Assembly (NCBI GenBank): GCA_963825055.1 | Contig: CAWGSK010000008.1 | Coordinates: 53,818 to 117,817 of the forward strand | Reading direction: 5' to 3' | Origin: an uncultured Gemmatimonadales bacterium | GTDB lineage: Bacteria > Gemmatimonadota > Gemmatimonadetes > Gemmatimonadales > GWC2-71-9 | Length of the DNA: 64,000 nucleotides | Part shown: piece after piece, positions 40,422 to 50,917 of the stretch | How the letters are laid out: every line of letters starts with the position of its first letter | How positions within the stretch are numbered: the first letter of the stretch is position 1 | Made by a program: the position numbers and the translations under genes | Notes under the pieces: generated by a model | Told to the model about the DNA's origin: nothing | What the model saw: only the letters and a program-made list of their open reading frames with translations | The model's database searches: none

Positions 40422-41450
40422 ATGCGACGCCCGCTCGGTTATCTGGCATTGATCGTCGGCCTGGCAGTCCCGGCCTGCGGAGGGGATCCTGCCCCGGAGT
40501 CGCCGCCTGCCGGCCCGGCAGTCACCGGGGCCCCCTATGTGGTGCGCGATACAGTGCTCACCGCCTCGCTCGAGGCCACGGGAGTGGCGGAGCCCATGCG
40601 GCAGGCGACCCTCAGCACACGCCTGATGGGCAGCGTCGTGTCCGTGGGGGTGCAGGAGGGAGAACAGGTCTCGGCCGGCCAGGAGCTCGCCCGGATCGAT
40701 GCCCGCGACCTCGAGGCGAAGCGATTGCAGGTGGAGGCTTCCATTGCCGAAGCCGAGGCCGTGCGGGAGGATGCCCTCAGGCAGGCACAGCGGTTCCGTG
40801 CCCTCTACGCCGACAGTGCCGTGACGAAGTCCCAGCTCGACCAGGTGGAGACCGGGCTGGCGAGGGCAGAGGCCGGTCTCCGCGCAGCGCGGGCCGGGGC
40901 GCAGGAACTGGCGGCGACCACCGCGTACTCTCGTATCACGGCGCCGTTCGCCGGAGTCGTCACCCGCCGTTTCGTCGATCCCGGGGCATTCGTGGCCCCG
41001 GGGGCCCCGCTCCTGACGGTCGAGGACCAGTCCCGTCTCCGGATCCGCGCCACGGCGCCTCCCGAGGCCGCGCGCGGGCTCCACGCGGGCTCCACCGTCG
41101 AGGCCGCAATCGAGCAGGCCAGGGTACGCGCGACCGTCGAGGGTGTCGTGCCCGCCGGCACGGGGCAGCTCTACACCGTCAATGCGATCGTTCAGAACCC
41201 CGGACGCGTGTATCCCGCGGGCGCGGCGGCGACGCTCAGCCTCCCGACGGGAGAGCGTACGGCGATCCTCGTACCGGAGGGTGCCATGGTGCGCGAGGGA
41301 GACCTGACGGGCGTCAGGGTGCGCGCCGCAGAGGGGTGGGACCTGCGCTGGGTGAGGACGGGACCGTCCCACGGCGATTTCGTGGAGGTGCTGAGCGGGC
41401 TGGTCGCCGGCGAGACCGTCCTGGTGCCGGGCACCGGCGGGGAGCGCTGA
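40422..41450 (+). CDS. RND periplasmic adaptor (MFP) lipoprotein
   Basis: 'ITAPFAGVVTRRFVDPG', 'VEVLSGL'. Confidence 0.9.
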   Translation: MRRPLGYLALIVGLAVPACGGDPAPESPPAGPAVTGAPYVVRDTVLTASLEATGVAEPMRQATLSTRLMGSVVSVGVQEGEQVSAGQELARIDARDLEAKRLQVEASIAEAEAVREDALRQAQRFRALYADSAVTKSQLDQVETGLARAEAGLRAARAGAQELAATTAYSRITAPFAGVVTRRFVDPGAFVAPGAPLLTVEDQSRLRIRATAPPEAARGLHAGSTVEAAIEQARVRATVEGVVPAGTGQLYTVNAIVQNPGRVYPAGAAATLSLPTGERTAILVPEGAMVREGDLTGVRVRAAEGWDLRWVRTGPSHGDFVEVLSGLVAGETVLVPGTGGER

Positions 41451-41451
41451 G

Positions 41452-44400
41452 ATGGGCATCGCCGGACGCATTGCCAGCCGGTTCCTGCGTTCGAAGCTGA
41501 CGCCTCTCGTCACGGGGGCGTCACTGGTCGTGGGGCTCATGGCCATCCTCGCCACGCCACGTGAGGAGGAGCCGCAGATCTCGGTCCCGATGATCGATGT
41601 GATTCTCGCGATGCCCGGGGCGACGCCGGCGGAGACCGAAAACCTGCTGGTGCGCCCCGTCGAGCGGCGGATGTACGAAATCCCCGGTGTCGAGCACGTG
41701 TATTCCATGGCGACGGAGGGCATGGCCATGGTCACGGTGCGTTTCCGGGTAGGAGAGGACCAGGAGCGCAGCGTCGTCAACGTGCACGCGAAACTCTTCT
41801 CCGCCATGGACCAGGTGCCTCCTGGCGCGCTCCCGCCGCTGGTGAAGCCGCACTCCATCGACGACGTTCCCATCCTGACCCTCACGCTCAATGCCGATCG
41901 CTACGGCTCGAACGCCCTGCGCGAGATGGCGGTGCACCTCGAGGGTGAGATCCGCACCGTGCCGGAGGTGGCCGAGACCTTCGTCACCGGTGGACAGCCG
42001 CGCCAGATCCGGGTCACCCTTGACCCGGCGCGACTTGCCGCGGCGGGGGTAAGTCCCGCCCAGGTTACCGGTGCGCTGAGTCCCGGGGCAGCACGGGTGG
42101 ACGCGGGTGCGTTCCCCGCGGGGGACCGGATGTACCTGGTGCGGGCCGAGGCGCCGCTGGCGACGGCGGCGGATGTGGGACTCGTCGTCGTCGGGGTGGG
42201 GGCCGGCGCGCCCGTCTATGTGCGGGACATCGCCACGGTGACGGAAGATTTCGGCGAGCCGGTGGACTATGTGCAGCACGCCGATCATGCCGGGAGCCGG
42301 AGTGCGGTGACGATCAGCGTGGCCAAGCGCAAGGGGGCCAACGCGACGCGGGTGGCCGAAGCGGTGCTCGACCGGGTTGACGCGGCACGGGGCCGGGTCC
42401 TTCCGGGTGACGTGGCGATGGCGGTCACACGCAACTATGGCGAGACGGCGAGCGAGAAGGCCAGCGAGCTGATCCTGCACCTGGCGATCGCGACCCTGTC
42501 CGTCACGGTACTGATCGGGATTTTCCTGGGGTGGCGGGAGGCCGTGGTGGTGCTGGTGGCGGTGCCGGTGACGCTGGGCCTCACGCTCTTCGTCTATTAC
42601 GCGCTGGGGTATTCCCTCAACCGCATCACGCTGTTCGCCCTGATCTTCTCCATCGGCATCCTGGTGGACGACGCCATCGTGGTCGTCGAGAACATCTACC
42701 GTCACCTCGTCATGGGCGACCGCGACCCGGAAACGGCCGCGGTGGAGGGGGTGGACGAGGTGGGCAATCCCACCATCCTCGCCACCTTCACGGTGATCGC
42801 GGCCATCCTCCCGATGGCGTTCGTGAGCGGCCTGATGGGGCCCTACATGCGGCCCATCCCGGTGGGGGCGTCCGTCGCCATGCTCGCCTCCTTGGCGGTC
42901 GCGTTCATCATTACGCCCTGGCTCGCCCTCCGGCTCCTGCGGGGCCACGTGTCCCATCCCGCCCCGGCCGGGGACGCGGGACATGCGACGCGGGACAGCC
43001 GGTTTGCCGTGCACTATGGCCGGTTGATGCGCGGGCTCATGTCGAACCGGCGGCGGCGCACCGGCTTCTATGTCACCATTGCGGCACTGCTCGTGCTCTC
43101 GATGGGCCTGGTCGCGCTCCGGGTCGTGAGCGTGAAGATGCTCCCGTTCGACAACAAGAGCGAGTTCCAGGTCATTGTGGACCTGCCGGAGGGGACGACG
43201 CTGGAGACATCGGCCCTGCTGGGATCGGAGATCGCGACCTACTTGCGTGGCGTGCCCGAGGTGTCCTCCACCGAGGTGTATGCCGGCACGGCGGCACCGT
43301 TCAACTTCAACGGCCTCGTGCGGCACTACTTCATGCGCCGCGGTCCCAATGTGGTGGACGTGCAGGTCAACCTGCTGCCGAAGGGTGACCGTTCCCGGCA
43401 GAGCCATGCGATCGCCATGGCGGTCCGACCTGCCATCGATTCCATCGCCCGGCCCTACCAGGCGAGCGTGAAAGTCGCCGAGATTCCGCCGGGCCCGCCC
43501 GTGCTGTCGACCCTCGTCGCCGAGGTCTACGCCGGGAACGATTCGACGCGGATGGAAGCCGCCCGGCGGGTACGGGAGGTCTTCGATTCGACCAGCGGCG
43601 TGGTGGACGTGGACTGGACTCCCGAGGCCCCGCAGACCGAGTGGCGTTTCCGTCTCGACCGCGTCCGGGCTGCGGCGTCCGGTGTGGACCTTGCCCAACT
43701 CACGCACACGCTCCGGCTGGCCGAGTCAGGCATGGTGACCGGACTTGCCAGCGAGTCGAGTGCCCGGGAAGGGCTCGCCATCGTGCCGAGACTGGCGCTT
43801 GAGGACAGAGCAGGGGTCAACGCGCTGCTCGCGCTGCCGGTAGCCACCCCCTCCGGGCCACAGCCGCTGGGCCGCTTCGTAAGCGTGGATTCCGGCAGCC
43901 GTCCCGTCTCGCGTTATCGCAAGGACCTGCGCCCGGTGGTGTACGTAACCGGCGACGTGGCGGGAGACATCGAGTCGCCCGTCTACGCCATCCTGGCCAT
44001 GAACGCCGTGCTGGACACGGTGCGCGTCAACGGCGAGCGGGTCGGGCGGTACAATGCCGTGCAGCCGGAGCGGCTGGACGAGACGGCCATCAAGTGGGAC
44101 GGGGAGTGGCAGATCACGATCGAGGTCTTCCGGGACCTGGGTATCGCGTTCGCGGCGGTCCTGATCCTGATCTACGTGCTGGTGGTGGGCTGGTTCCAGT
44201 CCTTTACGGTGCCGCTCGTTATCATGGCGCCCATCCCACTCACCCTGATCGGGATCCTGCCCGGCCACGCGATGACCGGGGCATTCTTCACGGCCACATC
44301 CATGATCGGCATGATCGCGCTGGCGGGAATCATCGTCCGCAATTCCATCCTGCTGGTCGATTTCATCCAGCTGGAGGAGGCGCGCGGGGCCGGGGTGGAC

Positions 44401-44619
44401 GAGGCCGTGGTGGCGGCGGGTACCGTACGGTTTCGCCCCATCGCGCTCACTGCCGCCGCCGTGGTGGTGGGCGGACTGGTGATGGTGCTCGACCCGATCT
44501 TTCAGGGCCTCGCGGTCGCGCTCATCAGCGGGGCGGTCGTGGCCACGGCGCTCACGATGGTGATGGTGCCGCTGCTCTACTGGGAGCTTCGGCGTCGGGA
44601 AGGAGGTTCTCCGGCATGA
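41452..44619 (+). CDS. RND efflux permease (AcrB/CusA superfamily)
   Basis: 'TPREEEPQI', 'GILVDDAIVVVENI', 'RFRPIALT'. Confidence 0.93.
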   Translation: MGIAGRIASRFLRSKLTPLVTGASLVVGLMAILATPREEEPQISVPMIDVILAMPGATPAETENLLVRPVERRMYEIPGVEHVYSMATEGMAMVTVRFRVGEDQERSVVNVHAKLFSAMDQVPPGALPPLVKPHSIDDVPILTLTLNADRYGSNALREMAVHLEGEIRTVPEVAETFVTGGQPRQIRVTLDPARLAAAGVSPAQVTGALSPGAARVDAGAFPAGDRMYLVRAEAPLATAADVGLVVVGVGAGAPVYVRDIATVTEDFGEPVDYVQHADHAGSRSAVTISVAKRKGANATRVAEAVLDRVDAARGRVLPGDVAMAVTRNYGETASEKASELILHLAIATLSVTVLIGIFLGWREAVVVLVAVPVTLGLTLFVYYALGYSLNRITLFALIFSIGILVDDAIVVVENIYRHLVMGDRDPETAAVEGVDEVGNPTILATFTVIAAILPMAFVSGLMGPYMRPIPVGASVAMLASLAVAFIITPWLALRLLRGHVSHPAPAGDAGHATRDSRFAVHYGRLMRGLMSNRRRRTGFYVTIAALLVLSMGLVALRVVSVKMLPFDNKSEFQVIVDLPEGTTLETSALLGSEIATYLRGVPEVSSTEVYAGTAAPFNFNGLVRHYFMRRGPNVVDVQVNLLPKGDRSRQSHAIAMAVRPAIDSIARPYQASVKVAEIPPGPPVLSTLVAEVYAGNDSTRMEAARRVREVFDSTSGVVDVDWTPEAPQTEWRFRLDRVRAAASGVDLAQLTHTLRLAESGMVTGLASESSAREGLAIVPRLALEDRAGVNALLALPVATPSGPQPLGRFVSVDSGSRPVSRYRKDLRPVVYVTGDVAGDIESPVYAILAMNAVLDTVRVNGERVGRYNAVQPERLDETAIKWDGEWQITIEVFRDLGIAFAAVLILIYVLVVGWFQSFTVPLVIMAPIPLTLIGILPGHAMTGAFFTATSMIGMIALAGIIVRNSILLVDFIQLEEARGAGVDEAVVAAGTVRFRPIALTAAAVVVGGLVMVLDPIFQGLAVALISGAVVATALTMVMVPLLYWELRRREGGSPA

Positions 44620-44906
44620 AGTTGCTGCTCGTGCTGTACAGTGGCCCGCGGCCTGACGTGGTGCCTGCCCTGCTGGAGCGTCACTGCGCTGGCGGATGGA
44701 CGGAACTGCCGAAAGCCCATGGCGCCGGGCGGTCCGGGCGCCACACGGAAAGCCGGGCGTGGCCCGGTGGATCCACCGTGTTCTTCACGGTCGTGGATGA
44801 CGGAGTCGGGGACGAACTTGCGCAGGCCCTCAAGGAGGCCGGAGGCCAGGCCATGCCCGGGGAACGGCTCCATGTAGCGGAACTGCCGGTCGAACGATTC
44901 TTTTAG
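44616..44906 (+). CDS. Small PII-like transporter-associated protein
   Basis: ATG overlaps the RND stop, RBS GGAGG; 'HGAGRSGRH...AWPG...FFTVV'. Confidence 0.55.
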   Translation: MKLLLVLYSGPRPDVVPALLERHCAGGWTELPKAHGAGRSGRHTESRAWPGGSTVFFTVVDDGVGDELAQALKEAGGQAMPGERLHVAELPVERFF

Positions 44907-44918
44907 GAGGTAATCCGC

Positions 44919-45131
44919 ATGTGCAACGAGAAGATCATCCGGCGCTTCGCCGGGGCGTTCGTGCTGCTCTCGCTGGCTCTGGGGTATTTCGTGAGCCCGC
45001 TATGGTTCCTGTTCACGGCCTTTGTCGGGGTGAATCTGGTGCAGTCGACCTTCACCGATTTCTGCCCGCTGGAGCGGATCCTCGGCGCCCTGGGGCTGTT
45101 CGGCTGTCGCCCAACCCGCGATCATGCCTGA
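44919..45131 (+). CDS. DUF2892 (YgaP-like) membrane protein
   Basis: 'IRRFAG...FVGVNLVQSTFTDFCPLE.IL'; RBS AGGAGG. Confidence 0.85.
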   Translation: MCNEKIIRRFAGAFVLLSLALGYFVSPLWFLFTAFVGVNLVQSTFTDFCPLERILGALGLFGCRPTRDHA

Positions 45132-45497
45132 CAAGGCTGTGCCGAGAGCTGCTGCTCCCGCGGATCGACAATGAAGAACCGGCGGTAATTCCCCGGGGAT
45201 AAAACGGCCCGGGGCTGGCGACCCACCCCGCTCGCTTGTCGGCTGTCAGGGCCCGCAGGCGGCCATCGGCCCGGGATCACCGTCTCCAGGAAATGTCCCG
45301 CCAGGGCCGTCCCGGCCGGCTGACCCACCCGCGCCAGGCGCAATCGTTCCCGCCAGATCACGGCCTGCCTCCTCTCGGCACCGATACTGTGTGCCCGGCC
45401 GGCCATGGGCCCGTCTCCCATGGGTATCATTATGGTGACGGCCGGCTTCGTGTGGTCACCCGCCGCCGGCGTTTCCCCGGGCCCCATGGAGGATCGA

Positions 45498-46628
45498 ATG
45501 CGTCGTCCCGCCCAGCGCCCCATCGCGACAGCCCTGACCGTCGCCCTGCTTCTCGCGCCCACAGGTGTTGCTGCGCAGGTCGTGGAGCCATCGGTACTGG
45601 TCAACACGCCCGCGGCCTGGCTTCCGGTGGTGGCCCGTGCCCGGGCGATGCTCCAGGACAGCATCAGTGCGAGCGGGGTTCCCGGGGCCTCCGTCACGGT
45701 CATGATGGACGGCAAGGTGATCTGGAGCGAGGGCTTCGGATGGGCGGACCTCGAGCAGCGCGTGCCGGTAACGCCGCTGACACGGTTCCGAATCGGGAGC
45801 GTGTCCAAGAGCCTCACGGCGGCCGCGATCGGCCTGCTCTGGCAGCAGGGTCGCCTGGACCTGGACGTGCCGGTCCAGCGTTACGTCCCCTCCTTCCCCC
45901 GGAAGCGGTGGCCGATCACGACACGTCAGGTGGCGGGACACCAGGCCGGCATCCGCCATTACCGCGGGACAGAGTTTCTCTCGACCCGGCACTATGACAG
46001 TGTGACCGAGGGACTCTCCATCTTCTCGGCCGACAGCCTGCTGTTTGAGCCCGGGACACAGTTCTCGTACTCGTCGTACGGGTTCAACCTCGTGAGCGCC
46101 GTGGTGGAAGGCGCGTCCAGGCAGCCGTTCCTGGACTACATGCAGGAGCACGTGTTCCTCCCGCTGGGCATGCGGTCGACCGTTCCGGAATTTCCGGACA
46201 GCCTGATTCCGTGGCGCGCCCGCTTCTACACGGATGCCGACAGCGGCCGGGGCCTGGTCAACGTTCCGATGGTGGACAACAGCTACAAGTGGGCGGGAGG
46301 TGGATTCCTCTCCACGACTGAAGACCTGGTCCGGTACGCCGCCGCGTACCTGCAGCCCGGCTTCCTCGAGCCACGCACCCGTTCGCTCCTGTTCACCGCC
46401 CAGCCTACGCGCGACGGCGAGGACACGCATTACAGCCTCGGCTGGTTCATCGCGCACGACTCGGCGGGACGGCTTGCCGTGTCCCACGGTGGCGGGTCGG
46501 TGGGGGGAACGGCCTACCTGGTCATGTATCCGGAGCAGGGTCTCGTGGTGGCGCTGCTGGCCAACGGCGACATGCCGTTCGTGACGACGGCCCGGGACCT
46601 GGCGAAGGTCTTCCTCGAGCGCCCGTGA
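45498..46628 (+). CDS. Serine hydrolase (class C beta-lactamase-like)
   Basis: 'FRIGSVSK', 'YSSYG', 'HGGG'; RBS GGAGG; signal peptide. Confidence 0.88.
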   Translation: MRRPAQRPIATALTVALLLAPTGVAAQVVEPSVLVNTPAAWLPVVARARAMLQDSISASGVPGASVTVMMDGKVIWSEGFGWADLEQRVPVTPLTRFRIGSVSKSLTAAAIGLLWQQGRLDLDVPVQRYVPSFPRKRWPITTRQVAGHQAGIRHYRGTEFLSTRHYDSVTEGLSIFSADSLLFEPGTQFSYSSYGFNLVSAVVEGASRQPFLDYMQEHVFLPLGMRSTVPEFPDSLIPWRARFYTDADSGRGLVNVPMVDNSYKWAGGGFLSTTEDLVRYAAAYLQPGFLEPRTRSLLFTAQPTRDGEDTHYSLGWFIAHDSAGRLAVSHGGGSVGGTAYLVMYPEQGLVVALLANGDMPFVTTARDLAKVFLERP

Positions 46629-46631
46629 GGC

Positions 46632-47792
46632 TCATCCCATCTTCTTCAGCATTGCCGGGCCGCCCGTCCGGACGAACCGGGTTACCATGGCGACGGCCAG
46701 CGCCAGGAACAGGACATTCAGGATGGTGGTGTAGTTGAGGCGAATCGAGGCTTCGGCGATGGTTGCCCTGCCGCGCTCCGGCACCAGACCCAGAGCCGCG
46801 AACCCGAACTCGACCGCGATCGCCGCGGCCACCATGGCGACGTAGAAAATGGCGAGGAGCATGCCGGCCATCCGGAGCCCGTAGTATTTCCGGTAGATGT
46901 CCAGGATAGGCAGCACAATGAGGTCGGCAAAAATGAAGGCGAGGACGCCGCCGAAGCTGATGCCCCCCTGCCAGAGAACGACGGCCAGCGGCACGTTGCC
47001 GATGGAGCATACGAAGGAGAGCACCGCCACGAGGGGGCCGACCACCGGGCCCCAGAACTTCGTCAGGGTCGGGTGCGTCTCGAGGAAGAACCCCTGCCAG
47101 AACTCCCTGGGTACCCATGCCGCCAGCATGCCCGCCACCACGATGCCGACGGCAATGTCCACCCAGATGCTCGCCCAGTCCATCACGAAATAGTGGCTGA
47201 CCGCAGTGCGGCCCCTGTCCGAGCGGAGCCGCGACCAGATCGACCCCTCGGTGACCGACATGTCCATGTCGGCGTGTCCCTCCATCCTGCCCTGCAGGCC
47301 CTTCTCCGCCTGTACCCTTGCGGCCTCGACCATGCGGGGCGAGACGAATGCCCGGAAGAGCAGGACCATGATCACGATCATGAGCGGGCCGCCCACGAAC
47401 TCCGCGAGGGTGAACTGCCACCCCATCAGGACGGCCAGCAGGATACCGAGCTCGATGACGAGGTTGGTGGAGGCGAACTGGAATGCCATCGCGGCGGTGA
47501 AACTCGCGCCTTTCCGGAAGATCGACCTGGTCATCGCGACGGCAGCGTAGGAACAGGAGCTGGAGGCCGCGCCAAGCCCGCAGGCGATCCCGATCGAGCG
47601 GGGGGAATCGTCCGGCAGGAGGCGGCCCATCTCCCCCTTTCGGACGACGGCCTGCACCACTGCGGAGAGCGTGAAGCCCAGGATCAGGCCCCAGAGAATC
47701 TCCCAGAACATGGTGAATGCCATCCCGAGCGCCTGCGCTGCGGCGTGAGGCAGATCCACGAGCATCAGGGACAGGCCGAGTGAGGCGGTCAT
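46632..47792 (-). CDS. Permease (DUF318/ArsP-like)
   Basis: 'GAASSSCSYAA', 'ASTNL', 'SFVCSIGNVP', His/Met loop 'MEGHADMDM'. Confidence 0.8.
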   Translation of the reverse strand: MTASLGLSLMLVDLPHAAAQALGMAFTMFWEILWGLILGFTLSAVVQAVVRKGEMGRLLPDDSPRSIGIACGLGAASSSCSYAAVAMTRSIFRKGASFTAAMAFQFASTNLVIELGILLAVLMGWQFTLAEFVGGPLMIVIMVLLFRAFVSPRMVEAARVQAEKGLQGRMEGHADMDMSVTEGSIWSRLRSDRGRTAVSHYFVMDWASIWVDIAVGIVVAGMLAAWVPREFWQGFFLETHPTLTKFWGPVVGPLVAVLSFVCSIGNVPLAVVLWQGGISFGGVLAFIFADLIVLPILDIYRKYYGLRMAGMLLAIFYVAMVAAAIAVEFGFAALGLVPERGRATIAEASIRLNYTTILNVLFLALAVAMVTRFVRTGGPAMLKKMG

Positions 47793-47856
47793 GCGTCCGT
47801 CCTGTGGCGATGTTGGGAAGGTGCATCCCGGCGCGTGGGCCGAGCCGTGCGCGCTG

Positions 47857-49251
47857 TCACGGGTGGCCGCCCGCCGGGCGGAGTCGCAGGTAGACGGCGG
47901 CGCCCACCGGCGTCCGTGACCCGTACGCGCCGTGCAGCGCTTCGGGCAGCAACCCGACCGAGCCGCGTATGCCCGCGCCGAGTTCGAGCCCCCGCGCCCG
48001 TCCGAGGGTGGCGAGGTAGCCGGCCGTAATCGCGCCGATATCATGGGTGGCATCAGGACCGGGCAGCACGAGTTCGCCGGTGCCCTTCTGGATCCACTCG
48101 AGCCGGCTGAACACCTGGTGTCCCGGGCTGATCCCGACCGTTGCTTCCGCCGTCACGCTGTGCTCGAAGCCGTCCTCCCCTTCATGCTGGTTGCCCCCGT
48201 AGATGAGCGCAGCGGACACCGGTCTTGCGCCCTGGGGTGACACATAGAGAATCGCCGCGCCGAGCCGGTCCACGGACTCATCCGGTGCCAGTGACTCGGG
48301 GCTCTTCAGGTGGGCCCATGACACGCTCAGGCTCCAGCGCCGCGCCGGGTTGACCGCAAGCCGGGTGGACCAGGAATCCAGCGAGCGTCCGGCGTAGTCG
48401 AAATTGTAGCGATCCTCGTCCGGCTCCCGGCCATTGAAGACCGAGCCTTCGAGCTTCACGGATTTCGTGAACACCCCTGCCGTCAGCACCCCGAAGCTGA
48501 TGTGGGTGGCGTCCTGCCAGTGATGCGCCAGCGGGGCGAGCGGGTCCGCGGCGGCGGACGGCCTGTGGGGAAAGGCGACGGGGCCTGCTGAAGGCTCACC
48601 GACCGGGGCCACAAACAGGGAAATCCCGACTCCCGGCGAGAGGGCTCGCTCGTACAGCGCCGAGAGCTCCATGAACAGGTCGTGTGGGTGCTGGCGGTCG
48701 TGCAGCGGCGCGCCGTTCACCGTCTCGCCCGTCTGGAGCAGGAGGGGATAGCCGGCCCTGCCCAGGGTGAGCGGCTCGAGACTGAGCATGGTTCGCAGGC
48801 GGAGGACACCGCCGGCAGCCGGCCGGGAAGCCATCAGCATGCCCCAGTTGACGATGCCGAACTCGGTGTCACCGCGCCGACTCCCCTGGGCGTCCAGCAT
48901 CGGAAAGACGGCGCCGTGCAGCATGAAACTCCAGGCGCCCGCGCTTGCATGGAGCGCGTGCATCGGGGTCGCATCGGGCAGCCAGGATGTGCCCGACCCC
49001 AGCCGGGCGGTGGGGATGCCGAGCGGGCTGGCGTCGGGAGCCATGGCCATGTGCTCCGGCATCCCCTGGGCGTGGAGGGGGGCGGCGAGGAGCAGGCCGA
49101 TCATGGCAGACCGCAGTGCCGGCCGGGTGCCGTATCCCGTCCTGTGTCCGCTCAGGCCGGAAACCAGGCGATCGAAGGAATCTGGAGGAATCCCCGTGGA
49201 GGTGGCGTGGGAAGCGGCCCGGCGGAGCAGGGGGAGGGTGCGGGCGGACAT
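47857..49251 (-). CDS. Conserved His/Met-rich exported protein, probable outer-membrane beta-barrel (start uncertain)
   Basis: 'GSGTSWLPD..PMH', 'DRQHPHDLFMEL', 'HHWQDATHI', 'FNGREPDE'; C-terminal 'VYLRLRP'. Confidence 0.65.
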   Translation of the reverse strand: MSARTLPLLRRAASHATSTGIPPDSFDRLVSGLSGHRTGYGTRPALRSAMIGLLLAAPLHAQGMPEHMAMAPDASPLGIPTARLGSGTSWLPDATPMHALHASAGAWSFMLHGAVFPMLDAQGSRRGDTEFGIVNWGMLMASRPAAGGVLRLRTMLSLEPLTLGRAGYPLLLQTGETVNGAPLHDRQHPHDLFMELSALYERALSPGVGISLFVAPVGEPSAGPVAFPHRPSAAADPLAPLAHHWQDATHISFGVLTAGVFTKSVKLEGSVFNGREPDEDRYNFDYAGRSLDSWSTRLAVNPARRWSLSVSWAHLKSPESLAPDESVDRLGAAILYVSPQGARPVSAALIYGGNQHEGEDGFEHSVTAEATVGISPGHQVFSRLEWIQKGTGELVLPGPDATHDIGAITAGYLATLGRARGLELGAGIRGSVGLLPEALHGAYGSRTPVGAAVYLRLRPAGGHP

Positions 49252-49339
49252 GGTGTACAAGGATAGTTCGTTGGCCGCGGGTGGCGAACCTTTTAGGTTC
49301 CGGGGAGAACACTTCTCTGGACCCGAGCAGGAGGTATCC

Positions 49340-49555
49340 ATGTCAGACATTGCCAAGGTCGTCGAGATCATCGCCGAGTCTCCCAAGAGCTGGGAGGATG
49401 CGGCGGCCGTCGCCCTCGCGGAGGCTTCACGGACCGTGGACAACATCAAGGAAGTCTGGGTGAGCGGGATGAAGGCGCTGGTGGAGAAGAACAAGATTAC
49501 CGGCTACCGGCTCACCGCGAAGGTGACCTTTGTAGTGAAGCGGGGGAAGAAGTAG
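49340..49555 (+). CDS. Dodecin-family protein
   Basis: 'KVVEIIAESPKSWEDA...ASRTV...YRLTAKVTF'; RBS AGGAGG. Confidence 0.85.
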   Translation: MSDIAKVVEIIAESPKSWEDAAAVALAEASRTVDNIKEVWVSGMKALVEKNKITGYRLTAKVTFVVKRGKK

Positions 49556-49560
49556 CGATC

Positions 49561-49708
49561 AGTGACTAGTGACTAGTGACTAGTGGCTAGTGACTGGTGG
49601 TTCTATGCCGCGCTCCGGTGACCCAACGGGTACCAGCCCTGGCCCGCGAACTCACCACTCCGCACCAGTCACCAGTCACTAGTCACCAGTCACCAGTCAC
49701 TAGTCACT
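49561..49708. repeat. Inverted heptamer arrays (AGTGACT)n ... (AGTCACC/AGTCACT)n
   Basis: About 5 units at 49561-49597 and about 6 at 49662-49708, between convergent genes; supplies the stop of the YncE gene. Confidence 0.9.
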
Positions 49709-50800
49709 GTTCATCCGCCAGAACCCTATCCCTCCCGCCTGATACTGTACCTGGACCGAGGCCACGCGCCGGCGGCGGGCGAGGTCGAATACGTCAACGG
49801 TGCTCCGGGTGGCGCCGACCGCCTCATTCGAGACGAATGCGTAGCGTGAGTCCGGGCTGATGACCACGCCGTGGGTCACGGGCTGGGTCGTGGGCAGCCG
49901 GACCTCCCTGCCTGACCCGAGGTCAAGGATGGAGATCGCCTGTGCGCCCTTGAGCGTCGTCACCAGCCAGCGCCCGTCGGTGCTCACGTCCGCGTTGTAG
50001 GGGGCCTTGCCCGTCGGGAACCGGCGGGTGATGGCGAGCGTGCCGCGATCGATCTCGAGGATTTCGGCGTGTCCGTTGCAGGGCACATAGACATGCTGGT
50101 CGTCCGGGGCGACGGCGACCCACGTCGGCTTGCACCGCGGTCCGTCCATCGTCCCCGGCGTCATTTCTCCTGACAGGGCTCCCTCGTGTCCGGGCGTGAG
50201 CCCGAGGCGGCGGGTGACGCCCAGGCTGTCGGTGGCAATCTCCACCAGTTCGTCATCCATCATGCACACGGAGTACTGGAAGCGGCCGTCATGGGTCAGG
50301 CGGCTGCCATGCGGCATGGTGCACGTGGTGACCTGCCGGGTCTCAGTCATGAACGGCGTGAACACCGCCGACACGGAGCTGGGCACCATGTAGCCATGGA
50401 GATTGAAGTTCGCCACGAAGAGGCCCGACCCGTCCGGGGTCAGGCCGATGGTGGCCGGGAAGAGGCCGACCGTGACGGAGTCGACCAGGGTGTCCGGGCC
50501 AGCCGCCATCCGCCAGACCTGGCCATAGGGGAGGCCATGGGCGAGCGAGACATACCAGTACCGTCCATCCGGGGCGACTGCGATCCCGTGCGCGCCGTCG
50601 ATATCAACGGGAAGGCGTCCGACCGGGATCTGCTTCTCCTCGGCGATGCCGTCCGGGCCGAACCGCACCCGGCTCACGATATCCGAGGATTCGTTAGCGA
50701 CGTACACCCGGTACGTCGCGGTGGGTGCCGGGTCTGGTGCCTGCGCGGCGAGGGGGGCTGCCGCCGCCAGGGCGGCAATCCAACCACACAGATGCTTCAC
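49700..50800 (-). CDS. YncE/YVTN-type beta-propeller protein
   Basis: Signal peptide; repeats 'YVANE', 'HGIAVAPDG', 'HGVVISPDSRYAFVSNE'; GTG after AGGAG. Confidence 0.8.
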   Translation of the reverse strand: MKHLCGWIAALAAAAPLAAQAPDPAPTATYRVYVANESSDIVSRVRFGPDGIAEEKQIPVGRLPVDIDGAHGIAVAPDGRYWYVSLAHGLPYGQVWRMAAGPDTLVDSVTVGLFPATIGLTPDGSGLFVANFNLHGYMVPSSVSAVFTPFMTETRQVTTCTMPHGSRLTHDGRFQYSVCMMDDELVEIATDSLGVTRRLGLTPGHEGALSGEMTPGTMDGPRCKPTWVAVAPDDQHVYVPCNGHAEILEIDRGTLAITRRFPTGKAPYNADVSTDGRWLVTTLKGAQAISILDLGSGREVRLPTTQPVTHGVVISPDSRYAFVSNEAVGATRSTVDVFDLARRRRVASVQVQYQAGGIGFWRMNSD

Positions 50801-50917
50801 GTCGTTGACTCCTGTGGAGACCGGGTCCGGAGTATACATCGGCCGGCTGCGGGGCAGGAAACGCAGAACGGCGCGGCACCCCGGGGCGCCGCGCCGTTCC
50901 GGTCCGGACTTCCCGTA

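Noticed and set aside
45128..45250. Possible ncRNA or type I-E CRISPR-repeat-like sequence (TTCCCCGGGGATAAAACGG)
   Set aside because: Single copy and only a short palindrome; no recognisable RNA family motif. An Rfam/Infernal scan would be needed.
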